Below, piece after piece: positions 39,905 through 51,340 of a stretch of DNA of 64,000 nt (its first letter is position 1; every line of letters starts with the position of its first letter). The notes beneath the pieces are model-generated. The model ran no database searches, was not told where the DNA came from, and worked only from the letters and a program-made list of their open reading frames with translations. Where the stretch lies: contig NC_042997.1 in NCBI RefSeq assembly GCF_006345805.1, forward strand, positions 195,920,001 through 195,984,000. The letters run 5' to 3'. The stretch comes from Octopus sinensis. Lineage: Eukaryota. The position numbers and the translations under genes are program-made.

Positions 39905-40260
39905 CCCTTCTATAGGAGCAAGGCCTAAAACTTTGGGTGAGCGGGAATGCCGGTAATATTAGCCCCAGTGTTCAGCTGGTATCTATTTTATCGACTTCGA
40001 ATGAATGGGAGACTTACTTACCTTAGTGTCATTCATACACGGAACGTAGGAAATTTTGACTGGCGCAGTAGTAATACTGCCGGCTCGTCGCCTTATTAGT
40101 AGTAGCAATATTAATAGTAATAGCTTCAAATTTTGGCACAGGGTGACCGGTTTTTAACGGCTCACCTAATATTTATTTTATCGGTCACCAATTGATGAAT
40201 GACTAAGTCGATGTTAGAATTTAAACTCAGAACGTAAAGAGCCAGAAGTTCTGCTCTTCA
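39905..40260 (-). mobile_element. Decayed SINE family B copies
   Basis: ccccagtgttcagctggta...atcgacttcgaatgaatg and tttaaactcagaacgtaaag remnants. Confidence 0.55.
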
Positions 40261-40340
40261 TAGTTTTCTGTCGGATAGACGGAAGGATAGCACCGGGGAT
40301 TCAGCCATCGTGACACCTAAATAATAATGATAATGATAAT

Positions 40341-41187
40341 CCTTCATGGTAAATACTGGACTAAACTAAACGCAAAAGAAATAGACAAAGAAAAATCCCA
40401 GCAATGGTTGAGAAGCTCAGGACTCAAAGCAGAAACAGAGGGATTTTTAATTGCAGCACAAGACCAAAGCCTCCCCACCAGAAATTACCAAAAACATGTA
40501 ATGAAAAGAAATATTACAAGTAACTGCAGAATATGTGGAGATGGACAAGAAACAATAAATCATATTATCTCTAGCTGCCCAGTCCTGGCTAAGAAGGAAT
40601 ATATTCACAGACATGACAGAGTTGGAACCTACATACATTGGAAGCTATGCCAACATTATGGAATAACAACAAAAAAAAGATGGTATAGGCACACACCAGA
40701 AAGGTCACAGAAAACGAGAAGGCAACCATACTCTGGGATATGCCGATACACACAGATAGAGAAATTAAGGCCAACAGACCAGATATAGTTGTCAGAGATC
40801 ATGAAGAAAAAAAATGCTTTCTAATTGATGTATCAATACCGGCAGATGACAACGTGTCTCTAAAAGAAATGGAGAAACTCTCAAAATACAAAGACCTGGA
40901 AATAGACGTAACTAGAATGTGGAACCTGAAAACAGAAACAATTCCTATCATAGTAGGTGCATTAGGCATGATAAAAAAATATTCAGACAAATACATAACA
41001 AAAACACCAGGACTTAGAAACACATATAACATACAGAAAATTGCACTACTAGGCACTGCACACATCCTACGCAGAACACTTTCCATACAATAACCATCAG
41101 AGCATCACAACAAATCACAGCACATACCCAAGGCACACAGAGCTGCGCTCGGTAGTGAAGTGAAAGCACGCTAAAAAAATAAAATTA

Positions 41188-41190
<3 letters not shown>
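40341..41190 (+). mobile_element. 5'-truncated Dong/R4-like element, lineage C
   Basis: LHGKY...QWLRSSGLKAETEGFLIAAQDQ, CRICG..ETINHIISSC, RHDRV, RPDIVV, LIDVSIP, KLSKYKDL; one frameshift; (TAA)n flanks. Confidence 0.92.
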
Positions 41191-41232
<42 letters not shown>

Positions 41233-41233
<1 letters not shown>

Positions 41234-44034
41234 TTAAAATTGGATCCTCACCAAGAGAAGAACTGATATCAATAAAAGAAACGCTGAAACAAAAAGTCCA
41301 AGCAAAAGCCCAAAGAATACGAAGACTTGAGAAGAGAAACAAGTTTTACAAGCAAAATAAGCTGTTCACATCCAATGCCAAAAAATTCTACAGAGAAATA
41401 GGGAAGGAGAAAGTAACCGTTAAAGACCCCCTTCCCATGGAAGAAGTTCAAAACTTTTGGAAAAGGATTTGGAGTGACAAGAAGACGTACAACATAAATG
41501 CAGACTGGATTATACAAACTGAAGGATCCTACCAAAATTTACAACAACAAGCATGGGAAGACATCACAATAGCAGACCTAAGAAAGGCACTCACGAAGGC
41601 CCATAATTGGAAATCCCCCGGTAAAGATAGGGTGCCGAATTTCTGGCTCGCATCGCTCCCATGCGCACACGGGAAGCTAGTTCAGCTGCTCAATGGAATT
41701 ATGAGAGACCCAAAGAAAACACCTGAATGTTTAGCAAGTGGCATTGCTTATCTACTCCCAAAGAATAACGAAACCAACCTTCCAAAAAACTATCGGCCTA
41801 TAACCTGTCTATCCACCACGTATAAAATCCTAACATCTATCCTGGCGGAGAAAACATATGCATTCATGGAAAAGAACGATATTTTCCATTGAACAAAAAG
41901 GGTGCCACCGAGGCTCTTACGGATGCAAAGGTCAACTGCTAATCAATCGTATGATCCTTGAGAACTGTCACAAGCGCAGAAATCTCAGCACCGCATGGAT
42001 TGACTATAAAAAGGCCTTCGACAGTATACCGCATCCATGGATCTTGAGATCGCTGGACATCTTCAAAATTTCCCCTGTGATTTCAAACTTTCTGAAGCAC
42101 AATATGTCGTTGTGGAATACGAATCTCCAATTATACCACTCTAATGGAGTACTTGCCTCAGAAAATATAAACATCAACTGTGGAATTTTTCAAGGTGACT
42201 CACTTTCACCTTTAATATTCTGCATAGCCCTAATACCCCTTACAAGTGAATTAAACAGAACAGGGTATGGGTATAAAATTGCCAATAAAAAAAAAAAGCC
42301 ATCTATTTTACATGGATGACTTAAAACTTTATGGTAAAGACAATAATGAACTTGAAGGCCTATTGCGCACCGTGAAAGCATTCAGCGATGACATCGGGAT
42401 GGAGTTTGGACTTGAGAAGTGTGCCAAGGCCACTTTCCAGAAAGGGAAAGTGAAGACCACAAATTCAGTCGTGTTAGATGTTGACACAGTCATAAGAGAG
42501 CTTGAGCAAGAACAAACATACAAATATTTAGGGATAAATGAAGGCTCTGGTATTCAGCATGCAAGCATGAAAGAGAAAATCAGGAAGGAATGTTATAGGA
42601 GAGTTCGTGCAGTCCTGAAATCTGAACTAAATGCACGTAACAAGGTGTTAGCTATAAATTCCTTAGCAGTTCCAGTTGTCACTTATAGCTACAATGTGTT
42701 GAACTGGAATATGAGTGAAGTAAAGAATATAGATAGGAAAATACGCAAGCTGCTGAGTTGTAATAGGATGCACCACCCAAAGGCAGACGTAGATCGCCTT
42801 TACCTTCCCAGAGCCCAAGGAGGTCGAGGCCTGATCCAATTTGAACTAGCTTACAAAACAACCACAATTGGACTGGCCAAATATCTCGAAATATCGAATG
42901 ACTGGATGCTAAAGCTCGTGGAAAATCACGAGAGACGAAAGAAGCTTCATTCTATCATAAAGGAAAGCAAAAAATTTGCTATTGATCTCGTGCAGGATAC
43001 CCAAACTGAACAACCCGAGGGAAGTACGGCAACTATTGTTGCAAAGAAGGTGAAAATGATGGCAATGAAGAAAGCGCACGAGCAATTGGCTGATAGGTGG
43101 GGGGAGAAACGTCTGCACGGCAAATATGTGACCCGTAGCAAACAAGCTGATGTTGACCAGAAGCAAACCCATCAGTGGCTACGGAGCTCAGGGCTAAAAG
43201 CAGAGAGCGAAGGTTTCATCCTGGCTGCTCAAGATCAAAGCCTATTAACCCGGAACTACCAGGCCAATGTGATGAAAAATGGAGCAGACCCAAAATGCCG
43301 ATTCTGCAACGACATGATTGAAACAGTGGACCACCTAATCTCTGGATGTAAAGACTTAGCACCAGTGGAGTATAAATTAAGACATGACAGAGTTGGCCAA
43401 TATCTCCACTGGCTAATAAGTCGGCATTACAATATCAAAACTGCCGACAAGTGGTATAATCACCACCCTGAGGCTGTAACTGAAGGAGAAAATGTAACCA
43501 TTCTGTGGGACTTTCCAGTACATACAGACCGAACCATCAAGGCCAATAAACCAGACATTGTTGTGAAAGACCAAAACAATAAAGTTTGCTTATTGATCGA
43601 CATGAGCATCCCCTGTGATCATAATATCTCAGCGAAAGAGTTTGACAAGCTCAGAAAATATAAAGACCTACTCATTGAAATTGAGAAAATGTGGCATCTC
43701 AAGGCGGTTACAATACCAGTGATCGTAGGAGCACTAGGAATGATCAAGAAGGGAACGGAAAATTATATGAGAATGATCCCTGGCTTACCATCCCTGCAAG
43801 AAGTGCAAAAGATTGTCTTAACTGGTACATCACACGTATTGAGAAGAGCATTGTCGATGTGAGAACTGTTGCTGCTCATGTATTTTAATTTAACTTTAAA
43901 AAAAAAAAAAAAAATGAACGAACTACTGAGTTTGGCTTAATAGCCTACCAATGTATACTATGAGTTTCTTTGCCCTAGGAGTCGGGAAGACACTCGGCAA
44001 GAAATGGAAGCAAATTTGAAAGAAGAAAAAAAAG
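41233..44034 (+). mobile_element. 5'-truncated Dong/R4-like element, lineage B (complete RT + RLE)
   Basis: Frames 41233-41892, 41858-42319, 42267-43862 (two frameshifts); YRPITCL, QGDSLSP, YMDDLK, CRFC knuckle, KPDIVV; (TAA)n flanks. Confidence 0.95.
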
Positions 44035-44053
44035 TAATAATAATAATAATAAT

Positions 44054-44472
44054 TGATATAAACGTATCTGTCAAGACCTACCAAAAACTGAGCAAATATA
44101 AAGATCTTGAAATAGAAATCAGCAAAATGTGGAAGCTGAAGACTAAAACAATACCTGTTGTCATAGATGCCCTGGGAATGATAGCGAAAGGGACTGATTG
44201 CTACCTAACTCAGATACCAGGAAACTCCAAAATGGCAGAAATTCAAAAGATAGTGCTCATGGGAACTGCTCATATCCTACGCAAAATACTCTGTATGTAA
44301 TCCCAAGGTTTAAAACAAACTTTTTTTTAATGTATTAGACATTCACTAGTACAACACCAAAAAAAAAAAAAACCCAAATATATGGCACAGAACTTCCAAC
44401 CTGTTGTCTCTTGAGGTCTCTGGGTGAGACTTGGAGCCAACTTGTACAGACATAAAGCAAAAGTCAAACATA

Positions 44473-44473
<1 letters not shown>
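44054..44473 (+). mobile_element. Dong/R4-like 3' fragment, lineage D
   Basis: QKLSKYKDLEIEISKMWKLKTKTIPVVIDALGMI...IQKIVLMGTAHILRKILCM*; followed by (AAT)n. Confidence 0.88.
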
Positions 44474-44542
<69 letters not shown>

Positions 44543-44547
<5 letters not shown>

Positions 44548-44919
44548 TGGCAATGAAGAAAGCGCACGAGCAATTGGCTGATAGGTGGGAGGAGAAACGT
44601 CTGCACGGCAAATATGTGACCAGTAGCAAACAAGCTGATGTTGACCAGAAGCAAACCCATCAGTGGCTACGGAGCTCAGGGCTAAAAGCAGAGACCGTTT
44701 GAGCAGGATGGGCTACTCAACCTGAAGAAAATTCTAACTGGGCCCCACCTGCAAGGTCATGTGCTGTTTATCTTGATATGAGATCACCATGTCGCGCACA
44801 TATGGTTGTGATGCATGTGCCTGGTGTACCTTTATCAGACGGGTAGTCATGATGGGTATATTGGGCTTCGTATATTTTACCCCAGTGTCACTTTGATGGC
44901 ATGAACTGCTCTCTCACTC
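44543..44919 (+). mobile_element. Chimeric retrocopy: Dong lineage-B internal fragment fused to an unrelated (AAT)n-tailed repeat
   Basis: 44543-44694 matches 43055-43206 at 150/152 nt; 44695-44919 matches the repeat at 45525-45685; tail (AAT)n. Confidence 0.8.
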
Positions 44920-44956
<37 letters not shown>

Positions 44957-45127
44957 TAAAAGCTACTGCAAATATTCTGCTCAACACCACAGATTTGCTT
45001 GTTAGTTGCTTGACCATAACCAATTGAGCATGTCTCTTGTTATTCTTATTATCATAATCAAGTTGGTAAGCTGGCAGAAATCGTTAGCATGCTGGGTACT
45101 AAGTTCAACATTCTTTAACAACCACAT

Positions 45128-45517
45128 AGGTGTAGGAGTGGCTGTGTGGTAAGTAGCGTGCTTACCAACCACATAGTTCGGGTTCAGTCCCACTGCGTGG
45201 CACCTTGGGCAAGAGTCTTTTATTGTAGCTTCGGGCCGACCAAAGCCTTGTGAGTCGATTTGGTAGACGGAAACTGAAAGAAACCCGTCGTATATATTTA
45301 TATATATATGTGTGTATGTATATATATTGGTATGTGTGTGTATCTGTGTTTGTCCCCCTCCCAACATCGCTTGAAAACCGTAAATTAGCGGTTCGGCAAA
45401 AGAAACCGATAGAATAAGTACTAGACTTACAAAGAATAAGTTCTGGCGTCGATTTGATTCGACTAAAGGCGGTGCTCAAGTATGGCCGAAGTCAAATGAC
45501 TGAAACAATTAAAAGAA
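45128..45517 (+). mobile_element. SINE family A
   Basis: Head, core and tail present. Confidence 0.88.
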
Positions 45518-45524
45518 CCATTAT

Positions 45525-45685
45525 TCAGAGAACTTTTGAGCGGAATGGGCTACTCGACCTGAAGATGGTTGTGATGTATGTGCCTGGTGTACGCTTATCA
45601 GACGGGTAATCATCATGGATATATGGGCTTCGTATATTTGTATCACAGCGTCACTTTGATGGCATGCGTTGCTCTCTCACATAAT
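45525..45685 (+). mobile_element. Internally deleted copy of the (AAT)n-tailed repeat
   Basis: tgggctactcgacctgaag...gtcactttgatggcatgc-gctctctcac-(taa)n. Confidence 0.7.
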
Positions 45686-45694
45686 AATGCTAAT

Positions 45695-46290
45695 AATCGC
45701 TTCTACTAAAGGCACAAGGCCTGATATTTGTGGGGAGGGGACTAGTCGATTATACCGACCCTAGTGCGTAACTGGTACTTAATTTATCGACCCCGAAAGA
45801 ATGAAAGGCAAAGTCGACCACGGCGGAATTTGAACCCAGAACGAAACGACAGACGAAATACCGATAAGCATTTTGACCCTTGTGCAATCGATTCTTTTCT
45901 ACTCTAGGCACAAGGCCCGAAATATTTGGGGAGGAGGCCAGTCAATTAGGTTGACCCCAGTACTCAACTTGTACTTAATGTTCGACCCCGAAAGGATGAA
46001 AGATAAAATCGACCTCGGCAGAATTTGAACTCAGAACGTAAAGACAGACAAAATACCTATTTCTTTACTATCCACAAGGGGCTAAACACAGAAGGGGCAA
46101 ACAAGGACAGACAAACGAATTAAGTTGATTACATCGACCCCAGTGCCTAACTGGTACTAATTTAATCGACCCCGAAAGGATGAAAGGCAAAGTCGACCTC
46201 GGCGGATTTTGAACTCAGAACGTAGCGGCAGACGAAATACCTCTAGGCATTTCGCCCGGCGCGCTAACGTTTTCTACCAGCTCGCCGCCT
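45695..46290 (-). mobile_element. SINE family B, multimeric
   Basis: Head at 46290 and three to four body units with two tail variants. Confidence 0.9.
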
Positions 46291-46332
46291 TCACAAAGAC
46301 TTAATAATACGAAAAATTTTAATTCTTATTTC

Positions 46333-46334
<2 letters not shown>

Positions 46335-46392
<58 letters not shown>

Positions 46393-46408
46393 GTGTGTGT
46401 GTGTGTGT

Positions 46409-46464
<56 letters not shown>

Positions 46465-47218
46465 TGCATTTGTAAACATACGGGAATTTCAGTTCATCTA
46501 TCAATATCTATAGAAATATTTGTATACACCGATGTCTTTATGAAAAACAATGTTAAAATGGAAAACAACACCTCTAAGAAATATGTTTATGACCATAAAC
46601 TCATTTTATTATTCGGTCGTAACTGTTAGATTTATTTTTATTGTAACTTTTGACGACGAACTTTCATTTAATCAATCAAGTGTAATTTATACATGGAAAG
46701 ATTTATTACGTGGAGTAGGGTGTGACATTTGCTGTCGTAATATCATTAAAGAGAAGGAAAGAGCATTGATACAAAGTGTATATGCACTAAATATAAGAAA
46801 ATAATTCAAATTTGATGTTCTCAGTGAACTTTCCATGGCCGTCATGGCATCTTCCCCACTAATGAAACGAATGTTCTTATGAAATGGTTTTCAGGAAGGA
46901 AATTTACGTCACTTAAAAGAAATTGCGTATAGTGTTGAGGAACAAATGAACGTATAGTTTTCCTGTGAGTTGGCTGAAGTGGAGATTAAAATAAAGAAGA
47001 AAAAGAAAAAGAAGGAATCTAGGATGGTGTATCAAATAAAAATTGTTTTGTGATGGGGATATTGAGTGCATATCGCGTAGATTATAGTCGCTTCGGTTCT
47101 TTCTTATTCTCTCTTTTGTATTCCAATATCACTTAGATGATATGCCAAAAAAAACTATTAATATAACTCACAATTTCATAGTAAAATATACAGTGCATTC
47201 GTGTGTATATATATATAT

Positions 47219-47263
<45 letters not shown>

Positions 47264-47264
47264 A

Positions 47265-47309
<45 letters not shown>

Positions 47310-47314
47310 ATATA

Positions 47315-47382
<68 letters not shown>

Positions 47383-47458
47383 ATATACATATATATACAT
47401 ATATATATATATATCTATATATATATAATATATATATATATACATATATACTTACATA

Positions 47459-47494
<36 letters not shown>

Positions 47495-47535
47495 CAGACA
47501 CACATATATATATATATATACATACTTACATACAT

Positions 47536-47600
<65 letters not shown>
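46335..47600. repeat. (TG)n at 46335-46465 and long (TA)n at 47200-47600
   Basis: Direct inspection. Confidence 0.95.
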
Positions 47601-47602
<2 letters not shown>

Positions 47603-47655
47603 CAAAGCAATAATAAGAAAGTCATATGACAAAGGAAATAAGAAATTATGTCATT

Positions 47656-47737
47656 AGCTTACAGCTGTTTCTGATATAAAATGCAATGCATTCAAATTCG
47701 AATGATAGTGTATCAGCCTTATAGCTTCCTCAGAGCT
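47656..47737 (-). ncRNA. Type-I hammerhead with extended stem II (A.A at its base)
   Basis: agct-CTGAGGA-A-GCTATAA...TTATATC-A-GAAA-C agct G-TA-agct; palindromic ACAGCTGT. Confidence 0.65.
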
Positions 47738-47788
47738 TCAAACACGAAGGGCAATTTTATAATAAGATTATTTGAGTTCTAACAACTG

Positions 47789-47851
<63 letters not shown>

Positions 47852-47936
47852 GTTATTGCTACGGCTTAGCGAAACAATAAAATACACACACGCACATACA
47901 CACATACACGCATAAACACGCACACACACGCATACT

Positions 47937-47993
<57 letters not shown>

Positions 47994-48000
47994 TGTGTGT

Positions 48001-48045
<45 letters not shown>

Positions 48046-48601
48046 TGTTTGTTTGTGTGTATGTATGTATATATAATGTAAAATGTTTCACTGCCGCACT
48101 GTAAAAAACATGTATAAAACAGAAGGTGAAAAACTGTACAGGTATATCAATTGACGATATCTTAATATTATACATATTTCATATATATCACAGTGATTGT
48201 AGTTAAATACGTTTGTATGGCGGATTGAATACTTTATTCAATTTCGTTACGTATCTCTATGTCCTTAGTGGAAAGGTGCACTGGTTGTTTTTGTGTTTCA
48301 TCGCTATGAGCCGAATAAAATATTTGTTTTTTTAACGAGAACATCAGAAATGATGCATTGACCATGAATTCGCCAGAACATTTTGAACTAGTATTCGTAT
48401 GGGTGAACAATTATTCTCACACTGGATGTCTGTCACTGGATGCCTGTCACTGGACGATTACTCTCTCACTGGATGCCTGTCAACAAGGTGAATTCAGTTA
48501 TGAAGTTGTAGTCCAGTTGGTGATATCATACTGGACAACAAAGCATGTATATCCCAAATGATCAGCAATAAACTTCCACATTATTATTATTTTTCTTTTA
48601 T

Positions 48602-48971
48602 AGGCGCAGGAGTGGCTGTGTGGTAAGTAGCTTGCTAACCAACCACATGGTTCAGGGTTCAGTCCCACTGCGTTTCACCTTGGGCAGGTGTCTTCTACTA
48701 TAGCCCCGGGCCAACCAATGCCTTGTGAGTGGATTTGGTAGACGGAAACTGAAAGAAGCCTGTCGTATATATATGTATGTGTGTGTATATGTTTGTGTGT
48801 CTGTGTTTGTCCCCCTAGCATTGCTTGACAACCGATGCTGGTGTGTTTATGTCCCCGTTACCTAGCGGTTCGGCAAAAGAATAAGTCCCGGGATCGAGTT
48901 GCTCGATTAAAGGCGGTGCTCCAGCATGGCCGCAGTCAAATGACTGAAACAAGTAAAAGAGTAAAAGAGTA
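48602..48971 (+). mobile_element. SINE family A, near full length
   Basis: Head to (gtaaaaga)n tail, short internal deletion. Confidence 0.9.
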
Positions 48972-49489
48972 AGCGTCAGCATAATTTCGTTCTACAAATG
49001 ATCACTGACCGTCTTTGGTCTGATGAAGCATATAGAAAGAGACACTTGTCCAAGAATACCTTGTGGTAAGATCGAACCAGTAACTGCATAGTTTCGAATC
49101 GCCCTTTTTAATTAGACAGCAAGCGGATGACTTAAAGCAATCATACTCCCGGCTAATTAAATATCACAGAAATTTGGAGCATCGTCCAAATTTCAATCTT
49201 GTCATATCAATTCGTGGCAGGGATGCAATATTTCGTTTTGCAGCCATAATATTCCACCAAGGCTTATAAATCAACTAGCTGACCACTTGCCGTAAATAAT
49301 GATGGCTAATTGTGCAACTATATTTATATATATTTATATATAAATAAGGTACATAATAATCTCACATACAAACATTCACATACTTCCTTTGTACTCGTAC
49401 ACATATATACACATATACAAACACGGAGTTGAAACGGTGATTTTTTTTTCACCCCTTCTTTTCTCTCATTGCTATTACATTCTCTCACA

Positions 49490-49805
49490 CCCTTTCAGTC
49501 ACTGAGGCCATGCTGGAGCACCGCTTTTAGTCGAGCAAATCGACCCCAGGACTTATTCTTTGTAAGCCTAGTACTTATTCTATCGGTCTATTTTGCCGAA
49601 CTGCTAATTTACGAGGACGTAAACAAACCAGTATCGGTTGTCAAGCGATGTTGGGGGCGGCGGGGACAAATACAGACACACAAGCATATACACAGACACA
49701 TACATATATACATATATACGACGGGCTTCTTTCAGTTTCCGTCTACTAAATCCACTCACAAGGCTTGGGTCGGCCCGAAGCTTTAGTTGAAGACATTTGC
49801 CCAAG
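49490..49805 (-). mobile_element. SINE family A, 5' truncated
   Basis: Tail and core motifs present. Confidence 0.85.
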
Positions 49806-50218
49806 TTTATTCTCTGCATAAACATATCTTTGCCTCTGTGCGTGCCTCTGTGTGTGTCCGTGTGTTTCTGTGTATGTATGTGTTTGTGCGCAGGTGTATC
49901 TGTGTGTGTGTGTGTGTTTGCGTGCGTGTATGTACGTGTGCATTTGTTTGGAATAGAGAATCAGATGAAGCTATAAATAATGGCGTGTATATCATGTTTT
50001 AAATAACCCTTCGGTTACAGATATTGGTTCGTAGTTCACAGGCAGCCTTCGTGTTCTTCTAACCAAAGTGTTTTAGTAATTTCCTATTTACACGCTATAT
50101 TTACAGCTATATTATCCGCTTTGGGATTCACAGTTAATCATTTCATCGATTTACAAACTTGTATGACGTCAACACTATATATATATGTGTGTTTGTGTGT
50201 GTGTATGCCTACACACAG

Positions 50219-50268
<50 letters not shown>

Positions 50269-50342
50269 ATATATATATATATATAATATATATATATATA
50301 TAATATAATAGACGTTATATTAGCGACGCATCTCCTTATACC

Positions 50343-50383
50343 ATACACTTTTGAAAATCTGTTTTGAAACCGGTGAAGTGTAT
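50343..50383 (+). ncRNA. Decayed hammerhead, U3-A8 core variant
   Basis: atacactt-TTGAAAA-tctgtttt-GAAA-C cg G-TG-aagtgtat; perfect 8-bp stem I but unpaired stem II and G at the cleavage position. Confidence 0.5.
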
Positions 50384-50959
50384 TCCTATATTTTAAAATA
50401 TAATTAAATGTTAACAATAAAATGTAATTAATCTTAATACATTCTTTGTATGTGTATGTTTGTGTTTTTGTGTGTGTGAGTGCATATGCATGTATGTATG
50501 TGCGTATCTATATACGTATGTATGTATGTATGTATGTATGTATGTATGTGTGTATGTATGTATGTATGTATGTATGTATGTATGTATCTATGTATGTATG
50601 CACATATGTACGAATTTATGTTATAAATCCAAGTGGTAAGAACATACAAACAATTTGAACTATATATTGCTAACAGATACAAATATTTAGAATTGGAAAC
50701 GAAATTGTAAATTTATGAAGATCAAGGGTGAAGTATCATAGAAGTGTGTATTTTCACGTGATCTGTTTGCGTTATGCTGTAAAATCATGCCATTAATTGA
50801 ATATCTGTCATGTATAAAGAGGAGATGATGACAAAACATCGATAACGTCAGTGACGCAGACGACAAACTCCTCATAACAACATTAAAGAAATATCATCAT
50901 ATATTAGTTATTCTGAATAAGGATGTGAATGAAAACATTGGTTTAGATGTTAATAGCAA

Positions 50960-51340
50960 CAAACAGTGATAAATTCAAAGGAATTACCATCAATTTGCAA
51001 TATAGTAATTAACGGAACAACCTTGAAACTAGTCGAGAGTTAAATATTCGGGGAATCATCATTACATTAGATGGGAAAAACATGAAAGATGTTTGGACAG
51101 GCCAACGCTACTTATTGTAAGATCAAACATATATTATCAAATGAACGACGATCACCAAGAATGGCGATGAAGTGTCCTAGAGGCGTTCATAGAACCCATC
51201 CTTACATGTAGCTGTAATCTGGAATATCAACAAACATGTTTTAGAGAAATTGTTCCTTAAACGGAATGCTGAAGATATCCTCTACAGATACGTGTTAATA
51301 TTAGTTATATAACTTAATAACATAATGATTTAATATCTTT
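50960..51340 (+). mobile_element. Decayed RTE-clade LINE fragment
   Basis: CNIVINGTTLKLVE..KY.G.II..DGK...LEAFIEPILT...WNINK...MLKI follows the RTE RT C-terminus across broken frames. Confidence 0.55.

Noticed and set aside
49020-49055. CTGATGA...GAAA...GTC
   Set aside because: Stems I-III do not pair; downstream sequence is a SINE A remnant.
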